Program-made: the position numbers and the translations under genes
Part shown: positions 42,989 to 52,399 of the stretch, piece after piece
How the letters are laid out: every line of letters starts with the position of its first letter
Position numbering within the stretch: the first letter of the stretch is position 1
NCBI GenBank assembly: GCA_044225615.1
Contig: JBGAIK010000002.1
Span: forward strand, 1 to 59,939
DNA from: Acetobacteraceae bacterium
Lineage (GTDB): Bacteria; Pseudomonadota; Alphaproteobacteria; Acetobacterales; Acetobacteraceae
Length of the DNA stretch: 59,939 nucleotides
Direction of reading: 5' to 3'
The notes under the pieces: generated by a model
The model's database searches: none
What the model was told of the DNA's origin: nothing
The model's input: only the letters and a program-made list of their open reading frames with translations

Positions 42989-43969
42989 ATGACCCGCACA
43001 TTGCGCCTGCTGCGCCGCCGGCTGCTGGGCGCGATCCCGGTGCTCGCCATCGTCGCAGTGGGCGGGTTCCTGCTGCTGGAGGCCGCACCCGGCGATGCGG
43101 TGGATGCCTATGTCGCGGGCATGGGCGGGGCGGATGCGGCGCAGATCGCGGCGCTGCGGGCGCAATGGGGGCTCGATGCCGGCCCGGCGGCGCGGCTGTG
43201 GGCCTATCTGGGTGCACTCGCGCATGGCGAGCTCGGCTGGTCGGTGGCGTTCAACCGGCCGGTGACGGCGGTGGTGGGCGAGCGGATCGGCAACACGCTG
43301 CTGCTGATGGGCCTCGCCATGGGGCTGGCGGTGGCGCTGGGCTCGGCGATCGGGATCGCCTGCGGGGCGCGGCCGGGCTCGCTGCGCGACCGGCTGCTGT
43401 CGGCGGCGGCGATCATGCTCTACGCGGTGCCGGGGTTCTGGCTCGCGCTCGTGCTGATCGTGGTGTTCGCGGTCGATCTGCGCTGGCTGCCGGTGGGGGG
43501 GATGGAGACGGCGGCATCCGGCCTGTCGGGCTGGGCGCGGGCAGCCGATGTCGGGCGGCACATGGTGCTGCCGGTGGCTTCGCTCGGCATGGTCTACATG
43601 GCGCTGTACCTGCGGCTGATGCGCGACGGGATGGCGGCGCTGTGGGAGCAGGATTTCGTGCGCGCGGCGCGGGCGCGGGGCATGCCGCGCGGGCGGCTGG
43701 TGCTGCGGCACGTGGCGCGCAACGCGCTGCTGCCGGTGGTGACGATGCTGGGGCTGCAATCGGCCGGCATGCTGGGCGGCAGCGTGGTGGTGGAGAGCGT
43801 GTTCTCGATCCCCGGGCTGGGGCGGCTGGCCTATGAGGCGGTGCTGAAGCGCGACACGCCGCTGCTGCTGGGGGTGATGCTGTGCTCGGCGGTGCTGGTG
43901 ATCGCGATCAACCTCGCGGTGGACATCGCCTATGCGGCGCTCGATCCGCGCATCGGGGCCGAGGCGTGA
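42989..43969 (+). CDS. ABC transporter permease (DppB/OppB-like)
   Basis: 326 aa with a BPD_transp_1 core. Adjacent to the SBP gene. Confidence 0.88.
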   Translation: MTRTLRLLRRRLLGAIPVLAIVAVGGFLLLEAAPGDAVDAYVAGMGGADAAQIAALRAQWGLDAGPAARLWAYLGALAHGELGWSVAFNRPVTAVVGERIGNTLLLMGLAMGLAVALGSAIGIACGARPGSLRDRLLSAAAIMLYAVPGFWLALVLIVVFAVDLRWLPVGGMETAASGLSGWARAADVGRHMVLPVASLGMVYMALYLRLMRDGMAALWEQDFVRAARARGMPRGRLVLRHVARNALLPVVTMLGLQSAGMLGGSVVVESVFSIPGLGRLAYEAVLKRDTPLLLGVMLCSAVLVIAINLAVDIAYAALDPRIGAEA

Positions 43970-44784
43970 GGCGGCTCGGCCCCGAGGGGTGGATCGGGCT
44001 GGCGATGCTGGCGGTGCTGGGGGCGCTGGCGCTGGCCGCACCGGTGCTGGCGCCGGGCGATCCGCTGGCGGTGGGGGCGCCGCCGCTGCTGCGGCCGTGG
44101 CAGGACTGGGCGCATCCGCTGGGGACGGACCGGCTGGGGCGGGACGTGCTGGCCGGGCTGCTGCACGGTACGCGCACCACGCTGCTGGTGGCGCTGGCCG
44201 CCGCGGCGACGGCGCTGGGGGTCGGCACGGCGGTGGGGACGCTGGCGGGGTTCATGGGCGGCGTGGTCGATGAGGCGCTGATGCGCCTGACGGAGGCGTT
44301 CCAGACCGTCCCGGCGTTCCTGCTGACGCTTGCGCTGATCAGCGTGACCGGGCCGCGGGTGACGACGATCGTGCTCGGCATCGCGCTCGGCGCCTGGATG
44401 CAGCCGGCGCGGATCGCGCGGGCGGAGGTGCTGTCGCTGCGCGAGCGCGATTTCGTCGCGGCGGCCCGCGTGATCGGCATGGGGCGGATGGAGATCGCCT
44501 TCCGCGAGATACTGCCCAACGCGCTGACGCCGGTGATCTCGCTGGGGGCGGTGATCGTGGCCGCCGCGGTGCTGATCGAGTCGGCGCTGTCGTTCCTGGG
44601 CATGGGCGACCCGAACCGGGTGACCTGGGGCACGATGATCGCCGAGGGGCGCAGCCAGCTGCGCAGCGCGGCCTATCTGTCGGTGATCCCGGGCCTCGCG
44701 CTGGTGGCCACCGTGCTGTCGATCCACCTGGTGGGGCGGGGGCTGGCGGCGGCGTTGCGGGTGCGGGCGCCGGCGGGATCATGA
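43966..44784 (+). CDS. ABC transporter permease (DppC/OppC-like)
   Basis: GTG 43966 overlaps the upstream stop (GTGA). LGTDRLGRDVLAGLLHG is the typical N-terminal motif. Confidence 0.86.
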   Translation: MRRLGPEGWIGLAMLAVLGALALAAPVLAPGDPLAVGAPPLLRPWQDWAHPLGTDRLGRDVLAGLLHGTRTTLLVALAAAATALGVGTAVGTLAGFMGGVVDEALMRLTEAFQTVPAFLLTLALISVTGPRVTTIVLGIALGAWMQPARIARAEVLSLRERDFVAAARVIGMGRMEIAFREILPNALTPVISLGAVIVAAAVLIESALSFLGMGDPNRVTWGTMIAEGRSQLRSAAYLSVIPGLALVATVLSIHLVGRGLAAALRVRAPAGS

Positions 44785-45605
44785 TCGGGGCGCTGCTGCG
44801 GGTGCGCGGGCTCGGGGTCAGCTATGGCGGCGTGCCGGCCCTGGCGGAGGTCGGGCTGGCGCTCGACCAGGGCGGGCGGCTGGCGCTGATCGGGGAGAGC
44901 GGATCGGGCAAGTCGACGCTGGCGATGGCGGTGTGCGGGCTGCTGCCGGCGGGGGCGCGGATGACCGGGGCGGTGGAATTCCCCGCCTTCACGCTGCAGC
45001 CGACGCTGGGGCGCGACATCGGCGTGCTGTTCCAGGACCCGTCGGGCAGCCTGAACCCGGTATTGACGGTGGGCGAGCAGGTGGCGGAGCCGCTGGTGGT
45101 GCATCGCGGCCTGTCCTGGCGGGCTGCCACGGCGCAGGCGGCGCGGCTGCTCGACCGGGTGCGGGTGCCGGGGGGGCGGTTGCGCGACCATCCGCACCAG
45201 TTCTCGGGCGGGCAGCGGCAGCGGATCGCGCTGGCGGCGGCGCTGGCCGCCGAGCCGGTGCTGCTGGTGGCCGACGAGCCGACCAGCGCGCTGGACAGCG
45301 TGGTGCAGGCGGAACTGGTGGCGCTGCTCGACGGGCTAGTGCGGGAGGACGGGCTGTCGCTGCTGTTCATCACGCATGACATCGCGCTGGCCTCGCAGCT
45401 TGCCGGCGACGTGGCGGTGCTGCATCGCGGGCGGGTGGTGGAGCAGGGGCCGGCGGCGCAGGTGCTGGGGGCGCCGGCGCATCCCTACACGCGGGCGCTG
45501 ATCGCGACCCGGCTCGATCTCGACACGCCGCCGGCGGCGCGGCTGGCGGAGATCGCCGAGGACGGCTTCACGGTGCTGCAACCGGCGCGGCGCGACCGTG
45601 GCTGA
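44781..45605 (+). CDS. ABC transporter ATP-binding protein (DppD-like)
   Basis: Walker A GESGSGKST, signature FSGGQRQRIA and Walker B LLVADEPTSALD. ATGA overlap with the upstream gene. Confidence 0.9.
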   Translation: MIGALLRVRGLGVSYGGVPALAEVGLALDQGGRLALIGESGSGKSTLAMAVCGLLPAGARMTGAVEFPAFTLQPTLGRDIGVLFQDPSGSLNPVLTVGEQVAEPLVVHRGLSWRAATAQAARLLDRVRVPGGRLRDHPHQFSGGQRQRIALAAALAAEPVLLVADEPTSALDSVVQAELVALLDGLVREDGLSLLFITHDIALASQLAGDVAVLHRGRVVEQGPAAQVLGAPAHPYTRALIATRLDLDTPPAARLAEIAEDGFTVLQPARRDRG

Positions 45606-46359
45606 GCCATTGCTGGCAGCCGAGCGGGTGGTGAAGCGGTTCGGGGCGGTGGCGGCGCTGGACGGGGTGAGCCTGTCGGTGGCGCCTGGCGAGATCGTGG
45701 CGCTGGCCGGCGGGTCGGGGTCGGGCAAGTCCACGCTGGCGCGCTGCCTGCTGCGGCTGGTCCGCCCCGATGCGGGGGCGGTCCGCTTCGCCGGCGCCGA
45801 CCTGCTGGCAGCCGAAGGGGCGGCGCTGCTGGGCCTGCGGCGGCGCATCCAGATGGTGTTCCAGGACCCGCTGGCGGCATTCAACCCGCGGGCGAACGTG
45901 GCGCGGATCCTGACCGATCCGCTGCGGCTGCACGGCATCGTGCCGCCGCGGGAGCGCCCCGCGGAGCTGGAGCGGCTGATGGCGATGGTGGACCTCCCGG
46001 CCGGGCTGCTGGGGCGGCTGGCGCACGAGCTGTCGGGCGGGCAGCGGCAGCGGGTGGCGATCGCGCGGGCCATCGCCTGCCGGCCGGAGCTGATCGTGCT
46101 GGACGAGCCGGTCTCGGCGCTCGACGTCTCGGTGCGGGCGCGGATCATCAACCTGCTGCTCGACCTGCGCGACCGGTCGGGCATGGCCTATCTGCTGATC
46201 TCCCACGACCTGGCGCTGGTGCGCGCGGTGGCGGCGCGGGTGGCGGTGATGCAGGCCGGGCGGATCGTGGAGGAAGGCGCGGTGGAGGGCGTGTTCGCCG
46301 CGCCCGCGCACGCCGCGACACGGGCGCTGCTGGCGGCGGTACCGCGCTTGAAGATCTAG
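45598..46359 (+). CDS. ABC transporter ATP-binding protein (DppF-like)
   Basis: Walker A GGSGSGKST, signature LSGGQRQRVA and Walker B LIVLDEPVSALD. GTG start overlaps the upstream end. Confidence 0.9.
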   Translation: MAEPLLAAERVVKRFGAVAALDGVSLSVAPGEIVALAGGSGSGKSTLARCLLRLVRPDAGAVRFAGADLLAAEGAALLGLRRRIQMVFQDPLAAFNPRANVARILTDPLRLHGIVPPRERPAELERLMAMVDLPAGLLGRLAHELSGGQRQRVAIARAIACRPELIVLDEPVSALDVSVRARIINLLLDLRDRSGMAYLLISHDLALVRAVAARVAVMQAGRIVEEGAVEGVFAAPAHAATRALLAAVPRLKI

Positions 46360-46830
46360 CTAGGCCCTGGGGAAGTTCTTCCAGACGCGGTAGCCAAGGG
46401 CCAGGAAGGCGACGAACAGGATGCCCTGGGCGACGCCGTGGAGCTGGGTGACGCCCTGCAGGAAGCCGAGCTTGAGGAAGGCCTGCACCACGCCGACGAA
46501 GCAGTTCAGATACAGGGCGAGCAGGGCGGTGACGATGTAGACGCCGCGGAACGGGCCGGCCAGGTTGCGCCCGTAGAGGGCAAACAGCGCGCCGGCCAGC
46601 GCGACCAGCGAGATGACGCCGAAGATGTGCGACGGCAGCAGCGCGGCGGCGGGAAACATGAACCCGGTCACGCTGGTCAGCACCGTGGTGGCCAGGAACA
46701 CCGCCGTCCACGCCGCCGGACGCTGGCCCGCCAGCATGGCGGCCGCCACCACCAGGCCGGCGGCGATGCCGACCAGACTCAGCACGACATGAAGCTGCGT
46801 GAACGCGTCGAGCGACAGACCCAGCAGCAT
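46360..46830 (-). CDS. hypothetical integral membrane protein
   Basis: 156 aa with 4-5 hydrophobic helices. No family recognised. Confidence 0.55.
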   Translation of the reverse strand: MLLGLSLDAFTQLHVVLSLVGIAAGLVVAAAMLAGQRPAAWTAVFLATTVLTSVTGFMFPAAALLPSHIFGVISLVALAGALFALYGRNLAGPFRGVYIVTALLALYLNCFVGVVQAFLKLGFLQGVTQLHGVAQGILFVAFLALGYRVWKNFPRA

Positions 46831-47103
46831 GGCCCCGATTCTCCCCTGCCCTGCGCGCGATGATGCAGCGCGGCAATGGCTGCGGGAAGGGCTTCGATGA
46901 TTATGCTATTGCGACGCATTCGCATATCGACGAAGATCGGCGCGGCAGGCGGAGACCGGCACATGCACGGCACATTGACCCGGGCGGAGGCACCCGGCAT
47001 GGAGATGATCCTCTCGGGCGGCGCGGCCACGCTCGCCGCCCTGATGGCAGCGCACCGGCGCGGCGCGGCCGCCGCCCGGCCGGACAGGAATGGAGACCCG
47101 ACC

Positions 47104-47664
47104 ATGGACGCACTCGAATTGCTGCTCGGACGCGAATCCGTCGCGCGGCTGACCGACCCGGGACCGGGCCAGGCGGCGCTCGACATCATGTTCCAGGCGG
47201 CGGTGCGCGCGCCCGACCATGGGCGGCTGCGGCCCTGGCAGTTCGTGGTGGTGCCGCAGGACCGGCGTGCCGCCTTCGGCGAGGTGCTGGCGCAGTCGCT
47301 GCGCCGGCGGGATCCGACGGCGACCGAGGAGCTGCTGCAGCGGGAGCGCGACAAGGCCCTGCGCGCGCCGACCATCGTGGTGGTCGCGGCCCGGGTGCAG
47401 CGGGGCCACAAGATTCCGGAGTCCGAGCAGATCGCCTCGGCCGCCGCCGCCGCCCAGACGGTGCTGCTGGCGGCCCATGCCCAGGGCTATGGCGCCATCT
47501 GGCGCACCGGCGCCCCGGCCTACGACCCGCAGGTGGCCGCCGCACTGGGCCTTGCCGCGGACGATCCGATCATCGGCTTCCTCTATCTCGGCACCCAGGC
47601 CGCGGCCCCGATGCCCGCCACAAGGCCCGCCGCGGCCGACTACGTGCGCGTCTGGACCGGCTGA
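47104..47664 (+). CDS. NAD(P)H nitroreductase family protein (YdjA-like)
   Basis: MDALELLLGRESVARL...AVRAPDHGRLRPWQFVVV...AAHAQGYGAIWRTG. Confidence 0.85.
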   Translation: MDALELLLGRESVARLTDPGPGQAALDIMFQAAVRAPDHGRLRPWQFVVVPQDRRAAFGEVLAQSLRRRDPTATEELLQRERDKALRAPTIVVVAARVQRGHKIPESEQIASAAAAAQTVLLAAHAQGYGAIWRTGAPAYDPQVAAALGLAADDPIIGFLYLGTQAAAPMPATRPAAADYVRVWTG

Positions 47665-47918
47665 GGCAGGGCCCGGCCGGGCGGCCCGCGGCTCCCTCAG
47701 CCTGCCCGGACGCGCCGGCGGATCGCCGGGCGTGCGCATCGCCCCCGGCGGCCAGTGCCGCGCGCCGGATTGTCCTGGACATCGCGCCGCCGCCGCCGCG
47801 ACGATGCGGCGGGGATGACGGCGCCGCCGCCGCCCGCCGCCCGTCGCCCGCCGCCCATCGCCGTTCATCGCCGCATCGCAGGGCCGCGCGCCGGCCCAGC
47901 CACGTGAAGGGACGCGCC

Positions 47919-48629
47919 ATGCAAGCCCGCCACGCACCGCCTGCGCGGCAGACCGTACGCAGCATCGGCGCCGTGCCGGTGGACGTCGCCGTCGTGCTCG
48001 CCGCCGACGCCTCGGGCAGCATCACCGAGGACCGGCTGCTGCTGCAGGTCGAGGGCCATGCGCGGGCGGTGGAGAGCGAGGCCGTGGTGGCGGCGGTGCG
48101 CGCCGGGGCGCAGGGGCGGATCGCGCTGACCTTCATGGTCTGGACCGGCGCCGACCGCCAGTACCAGCTGGTCGAATGGACGCTGGTGGACGACGCGGCC
48201 GCGGCGCGCGGCTTCGCGGCGGCGCTGCGCCGGGTGCGGGCGCCGCAGCCGGGCTACACCTCGATCAGCGGCGCGATCGACTTCGGCACCAGGCTGCTGC
48301 TGTCCGGCGACTTCGTGCCGTCGCGGCGGGTGATCGATGTCTGCGGCAACGGCGTGAACAATGACGGGCGCTCGCCCGCGCTCGCGCGCGACGAGGCGGT
48401 GGCGGCGGGGATCACCATCAACGGGCTGCCGATCCTGGACGAGGACCGCGGGCTCGACGCCTACTACATGCGCGACGTGATCGGCGGGCCGGGCGCCTTC
48501 ACGTGGCGCGCGACCCGTGCAGCTTCGCCGGACGCGATCCTGCGCAAGCTGCTGCGCGAGGTGGCCGGCGGGAGCGCGGGACGTGCCGGCCGGATGGCCG
48601 CTGCGCCCGCACCGCGTGCGCGCGGATGA
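47919..48629 (+). CDS. DUF1194 (vWA-like) domain protein
   Basis: VDVAVVLAADASGSI...RRVIDVCGNGVNNDG...GITINGLPI...YYMRDVIGGPGAF. A short out-of-frame patch is suspected at ~48495..48525. Confidence 0.8.
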   Translation: MQARHAPPARQTVRSIGAVPVDVAVVLAADASGSITEDRLLLQVEGHARAVESEAVVAAVRAGAQGRIALTFMVWTGADRQYQLVEWTLVDDAAAARGFAAALRRVRAPQPGYTSISGAIDFGTRLLLSGDFVPSRRVIDVCGNGVNNDGRSPALARDEAVAAGITINGLPILDEDRGLDAYYMRDVIGGPGAFTWRATRAASPDAILRKLLREVAGGSAGRAGRMAAAPAPRARG

Positions 48630-48753
48630 CATCCATGGCCGCAAGCCGATGCCGTCGGCCTTGCAGGTGGCATCGGCAAGGCCGCCGGGGGCCGGGCCGC
48701 AGGCGCGTCGGCGGGCCCGATCCTGCGGCGCAGCCCGCCGCACGCGGGCGCGC

Positions 48754-49908
48754 TCAGCCGGCCAGCTTGCGCTCCACCAGGGTGGCGAGCAGGGCGGCGC
48801 CGTAGGGCGTGCAGGCGTCGTTGAAGTTGTAGGCGGGATTGTGCAGCTGGGCGCTGTCGCCGTTGCCGACCTGGATGTAGGCGCCGGAGACCTGCTCCAT
48901 CATGAAGCTGAAATCCTCCGAGCCCATGCCCGGCTCCTTGTGCCGGTCGACATTGGGCTCGCCGACCAGGGCGGCGGCGGCGTCGGCGATCTCGTCGGTG
49001 CGCGCGGCGTCGTTGATCAGCGGGGCGAAGATGACGCGGAAATCGACCTCGGCGGTGGCGCCGAAGGCCTCGGCGACGTTCTTCGCGATGCGCGTCATGT
49101 TGGTTTCCATCAGCTTCATCACGTCGTTGCTGAAGGCGCGCGCGGTCCCCGCGATGGTGGCGGTCTCCGGGATCACGTTGTAGGCGTCGCCGCCGGTGAT
49201 GCGGGTGACGGACAGCACCGCGGTGTCGGCGGGGGGCACGTTGCGGGCGACGATGGATTGCAGCGCGGTGACGATGTGGCTGGCGACCAGCACCGGGTCG
49301 ATGCCGACCTCGGGGCGGGCGCCGTGGGTGCCGCGGCCGGTGACCTTGATGTCGAAGAAGGCGCCGCCGGCGGCGGACGGGCCCTTGGCGATGGCGAACT
49401 TGCCGATTTCCATGCCGGGGCGGTTGTGCATGGCGTAGATGGCGTCGCAGGGGAAGCGCTCGAACAGCCGGTCCTGGAGCATGGCGAGCGCGCCGCCCAT
49501 GCCTTCCTCGCCGGGCTGGAAGATGAAGTGCACGGTGCCGTCGAACTCGGCCTGGGCCAGGTAGCGGGCGGCGCCGAGCAGCATGGTGGTGTGGCCGTCA
49601 TGGCCGCAGGCGTGCATGCGGCCGGGGGTCTGGCTGCGGTAGGGGAGGTTGGTCTGCTCCTCCATCGGCAGGCAGTCCATGTCGGCGCGCAGGCCGATCC
49701 GGGTCTTGCCGGAGCCCTTCCTCAGCACGCCGACGACGCCGGTGACGCCGACGCCGCGATGCACCTCGATGCCCCATTCCTCCAGCTTCCTGGCGACGAT
49801 GTCGGCGGTGCGGTGCTCCTCCATGCCGATCTCGGGGTGGGTGTGGAAGTCGCGCCGGATGGCGGTGAGCTCGTCTTCGTAGGTGCGGATGGTTTCGAGG
49901 GCGGACAT
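48754..49908 (-). CDS. M20 family amidohydrolase (hippurate hydrolase / N-acyl-L-amino acid amidohydrolase)
   Basis: Intact at 384 aa. DFHTHPEIGMEE and MHACGHDGHTTMLLGAA. Confidence 0.9.
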   Translation of the reverse strand: MSALETIRTYEDELTAIRRDFHTHPEIGMEEHRTADIVARKLEEWGIEVHRGVGVTGVVGVLRKGSGKTRIGLRADMDCLPMEEQTNLPYRSQTPGRMHACGHDGHTTMLLGAARYLAQAEFDGTVHFIFQPGEEGMGGALAMLQDRLFERFPCDAIYAMHNRPGMEIGKFAIAKGPSAAGGAFFDIKVTGRGTHGARPEVGIDPVLVASHIVTALQSIVARNVPPADTAVLSVTRITGGDAYNVIPETATIAGTARAFSNDVMKLMETNMTRIAKNVAEAFGATAEVDFRVIFAPLINDAARTDEIADAAAALVGEPNVDRHKEPGMGSEDFSFMMEQVSGAYIQVGNGDSAQLHNPAYNFNDACTPYGAALLATLVERKLAG

Positions 49909-49919
49909 GGCGGTTTCCT

Positions 49920-51086
49920 TCAGACCTGGCCCTTGGGGAGCTTCTGTTCGGCGAGGGCGGCGAACATGGCGGCGCCGAGGGGAATGGCTTCGTCGTTGAA
50001 CTCGTAGGCGGGGTTGTGGACCGGGGCGCTGTCGCCGTTGCCGATGTTGATGTAGGCGCCGGGGACGGCTTCGAGCATGAAGCTGAAATCCTCGCTGGCC
50101 ATCACCTGCGGGCCGTTGGTCTCGACATTGGCGGCGCCGACGATGGCGGCGGCGGCGTCGGCCATGGCCTGGGTCTCGGCCTGGTCGTTGACGAGGGGCG
50201 CGAAGAGGAAGCGGAAATCGACCTCGGCGGTGGCGCCGAAACCCTCGGCGACGCCGCGGGCGATGCGCTTCATGTTGGCTTCCAGCAGGTCCATCGTGGA
50301 CCGCTTCATGGTCCGCGCGGTGCCGCGCAGCCAGGCCGTCTGCGGGATGACGTTGTAGGCGTCGCCGCCCTCGATGCGGGTGACGGACAGGACGGCGGTG
50401 TCGGCCGGGGACACATTGCGCGAGAGGATGGTCTGCAGCGCGGTGTGGATATGGGCCGCGACGATCACCGGGTCGATGCTGGCCTCGGGGCGGGCGCCGT
50501 GGCTGCCGCGGCCCTCGATGCGGATGTCGAAGAAGGCGCCGCCGGCCATCATGGTGCCGGGGCGGATGGCGAACTGGCCGACCGGCAGGCCGGGGCGGTT
50601 GTGCATGCCGTAGACGAAGTTGCAGGGGAAGCGCGCGAACAGCCCGTCCTTCAGCATCGCCTCGGCGCCGCCGAGCCCCTCCTCGGCGGGCTGGAAGATG
50701 AAGTTGACGGTGCCGTTGAACCGGCCGTGCTCGGCGAGGTAGCGGGCGGCGCCGAGCAGCATGGTGGTGTGGCCGTCATGGCCGCAGGCGTGCATGCGGC
50801 CGGGCGTTCTGCTCGCATGGGCGAAGCTGTTGGCCTCGTCCATCGGCAGGCAGTCCATGTCGGCGCGCAGGCCGATGGCGGTCGCGCCGTTGCCGCGGCG
50901 GAGCACGCCGACCACGCCGGTGCCGCCGATGTCGCGATGCACCTCGATGCCCCATTCGGCGAGCCTGGCCGCGACGATGTCCGACGTGCGGCGCTCCTCG
51001 AAGCCGATTTCCGGATGGGCGTGGAAGTCGCGGCGGATGGCGGTGAGCTCGGCGTGGTGGGCGCGGATCGCGTCGAGGTCGGGCAT
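49920..51086 (-). CDS. M20 family amidohydrolase, paralog of 48754..49908
   Basis: RBS GGAGG then ATG 51086. DFHAHPEIGFEE and MHACGHDGHTTMLLGAA. Confidence 0.9.
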   Translation of the reverse strand: MPDLDAIRAHHAELTAIRRDFHAHPEIGFEERRTSDIVAARLAEWGIEVHRDIGGTGVVGVLRRGNGATAIGLRADMDCLPMDEANSFAHASRTPGRMHACGHDGHTTMLLGAARYLAEHGRFNGTVNFIFQPAEEGLGGAEAMLKDGLFARFPCNFVYGMHNRPGLPVGQFAIRPGTMMAGGAFFDIRIEGRGSHGARPEASIDPVIVAAHIHTALQTILSRNVSPADTAVLSVTRIEGGDAYNVIPQTAWLRGTARTMKRSTMDLLEANMKRIARGVAEGFGATAEVDFRFLFAPLVNDQAETQAMADAAAAIVGAANVETNGPQVMASEDFSFMLEAVPGAYINIGNGDSAPVHNPAYEFNDEAIPLGAAMFAALAEQKLPKGQV

Positions 51087-51153
51087 GCAGGGTCCTCCAA
51101 GCGGAGGACACCGGGTCCTCCGTTCGGCGCCGACGGTAGAGCAGCGGCGGCGG

Positions 51154-52262
51154 TCAGGCCAGGAGGGCGTTGTCGGCGCCGAGGCGGGGGGCGCCATGGG
51201 CGATCTGCGGGCGCTGGCCGTCGAGGGAGAGGGGGAGCGCGGTCAGGGTGAAGTCCTCGACCGGCTGGAACATGGCGAGCGCCTCGACCTGGGGCTGGGC
51301 AAGCGCCTCCGGGAGGGTGTGGATCTGGGCGGCGGGGACGCCCACGGCTTCGAGGGCGGCGATCCAGTCGGCGCGCGGGCGGCCGGCGAGGATCGGCGCC
51401 ATCTGCGCGAACAGGGCCGGCTTGTTGAGCAGGCGGGCGCGGTTGGTGGCGAAGCGCGGGTCGGCGATCCAGTCGGGGCGGTCGAGCACGGCGGCGAGCT
51501 TGGCGAACAGGCGGTCGTTGCCGGCGCAGATGACGAAGGGGCCGTCGGCGGCGGCGAAGGCCTCGTAGGGGGCGAGGCCGGGGTGGCCGGAGCGGTGGCG
51601 GGCGGGCTGCTCGCCGGTGTTGCGCAGCGCGTCGCCCTTCTGGGCGATCCAGGCCAGCGCCGTCTCCAGCAGCGAGGCCTGGACGATCCCGCCGCGGCCG
51701 GTGGCGGCACGGCGGTGCAGCAGGGACAGGGCGCCGATCACCGCCCACATCGCCGAGCCCTGGTCGCACAGGCTGGCGCCGGCGCGCATCGGCGGGTCGT
51801 CGGGGCCGCCATTGATGGCGGAGAGACCGGAATATGCCTGGATCAGCGGCTCGAAGCCCGGGCGGTCGGCCATCGGGCCCTGGTGGCCGAAGGCGGAGAT
51901 CTCGCAATAGATCAGGCGCGGATGCCGCGCGGTGAGCGCGGGGCCGTCGATGCCGAGGTCGGCGGGCACGCCGGGGCGCAGGTTGTGGACGAGGATGTCG
52001 GCGCCGGCGACGAGGGTCGAAGGCGGCCTTCTTCGCGGGCGAACGCAGGTCGATGGTGACGGACTTCGCCGCGGTTGAAGATGTGGAACGTCATCGCGTC
52101 GTCGTGGCGGAAGGCGGGGCCCATGCGCCGGGCATCGTCGCCGCCCTCGGGGCGTTCGAGCTTGATCACCTCGGCGCCGAGGTCGGCGAAAATCGCTCCC
52201 GCGAAGGGGCCGGCCAGCACCTGGCCCAGCTCCACCACCCGCAGCCCCGCCAGCACGCCCAT
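51154..52262 (-). pseudogene. CaiB/BaiF family CoA-transferase, two frameshifts
   Basis: MGVLAGLRVVELGQVLAGPFAGAIFADLGAEVIKLERPEGGD...FHIFNRG (frame of ORF 51912..52304). SVTIDLRSPAKKAAFD is in a second frame. LVAGADILVHNLRPGV... to the stop is in the frame of ORF 51154..52275. Junctions are near 52070 and near 52015. Confidence 0.82.
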
Positions 52263-52399
52263 GTCCTGCCTCCACATCCGCGCACCTGCATCGCCGGTGT
52301 GCACCCGCCGGTCAATCGTTCACGGCATCGCGTAGCGGCGGTGACGGATTGAAATGATGGGCGCCGCGGCGTCGCCTACAGTCGCATGCAGGCGCCGGC

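Noticed and set aside
47664-47919. GC-rich intergenic stretch with gccgcc runs as a possible repeat or regulatory array
   Set aside because: It is only simple low-complexity GC sequence, with no periodic unit or palindrome that I could define.
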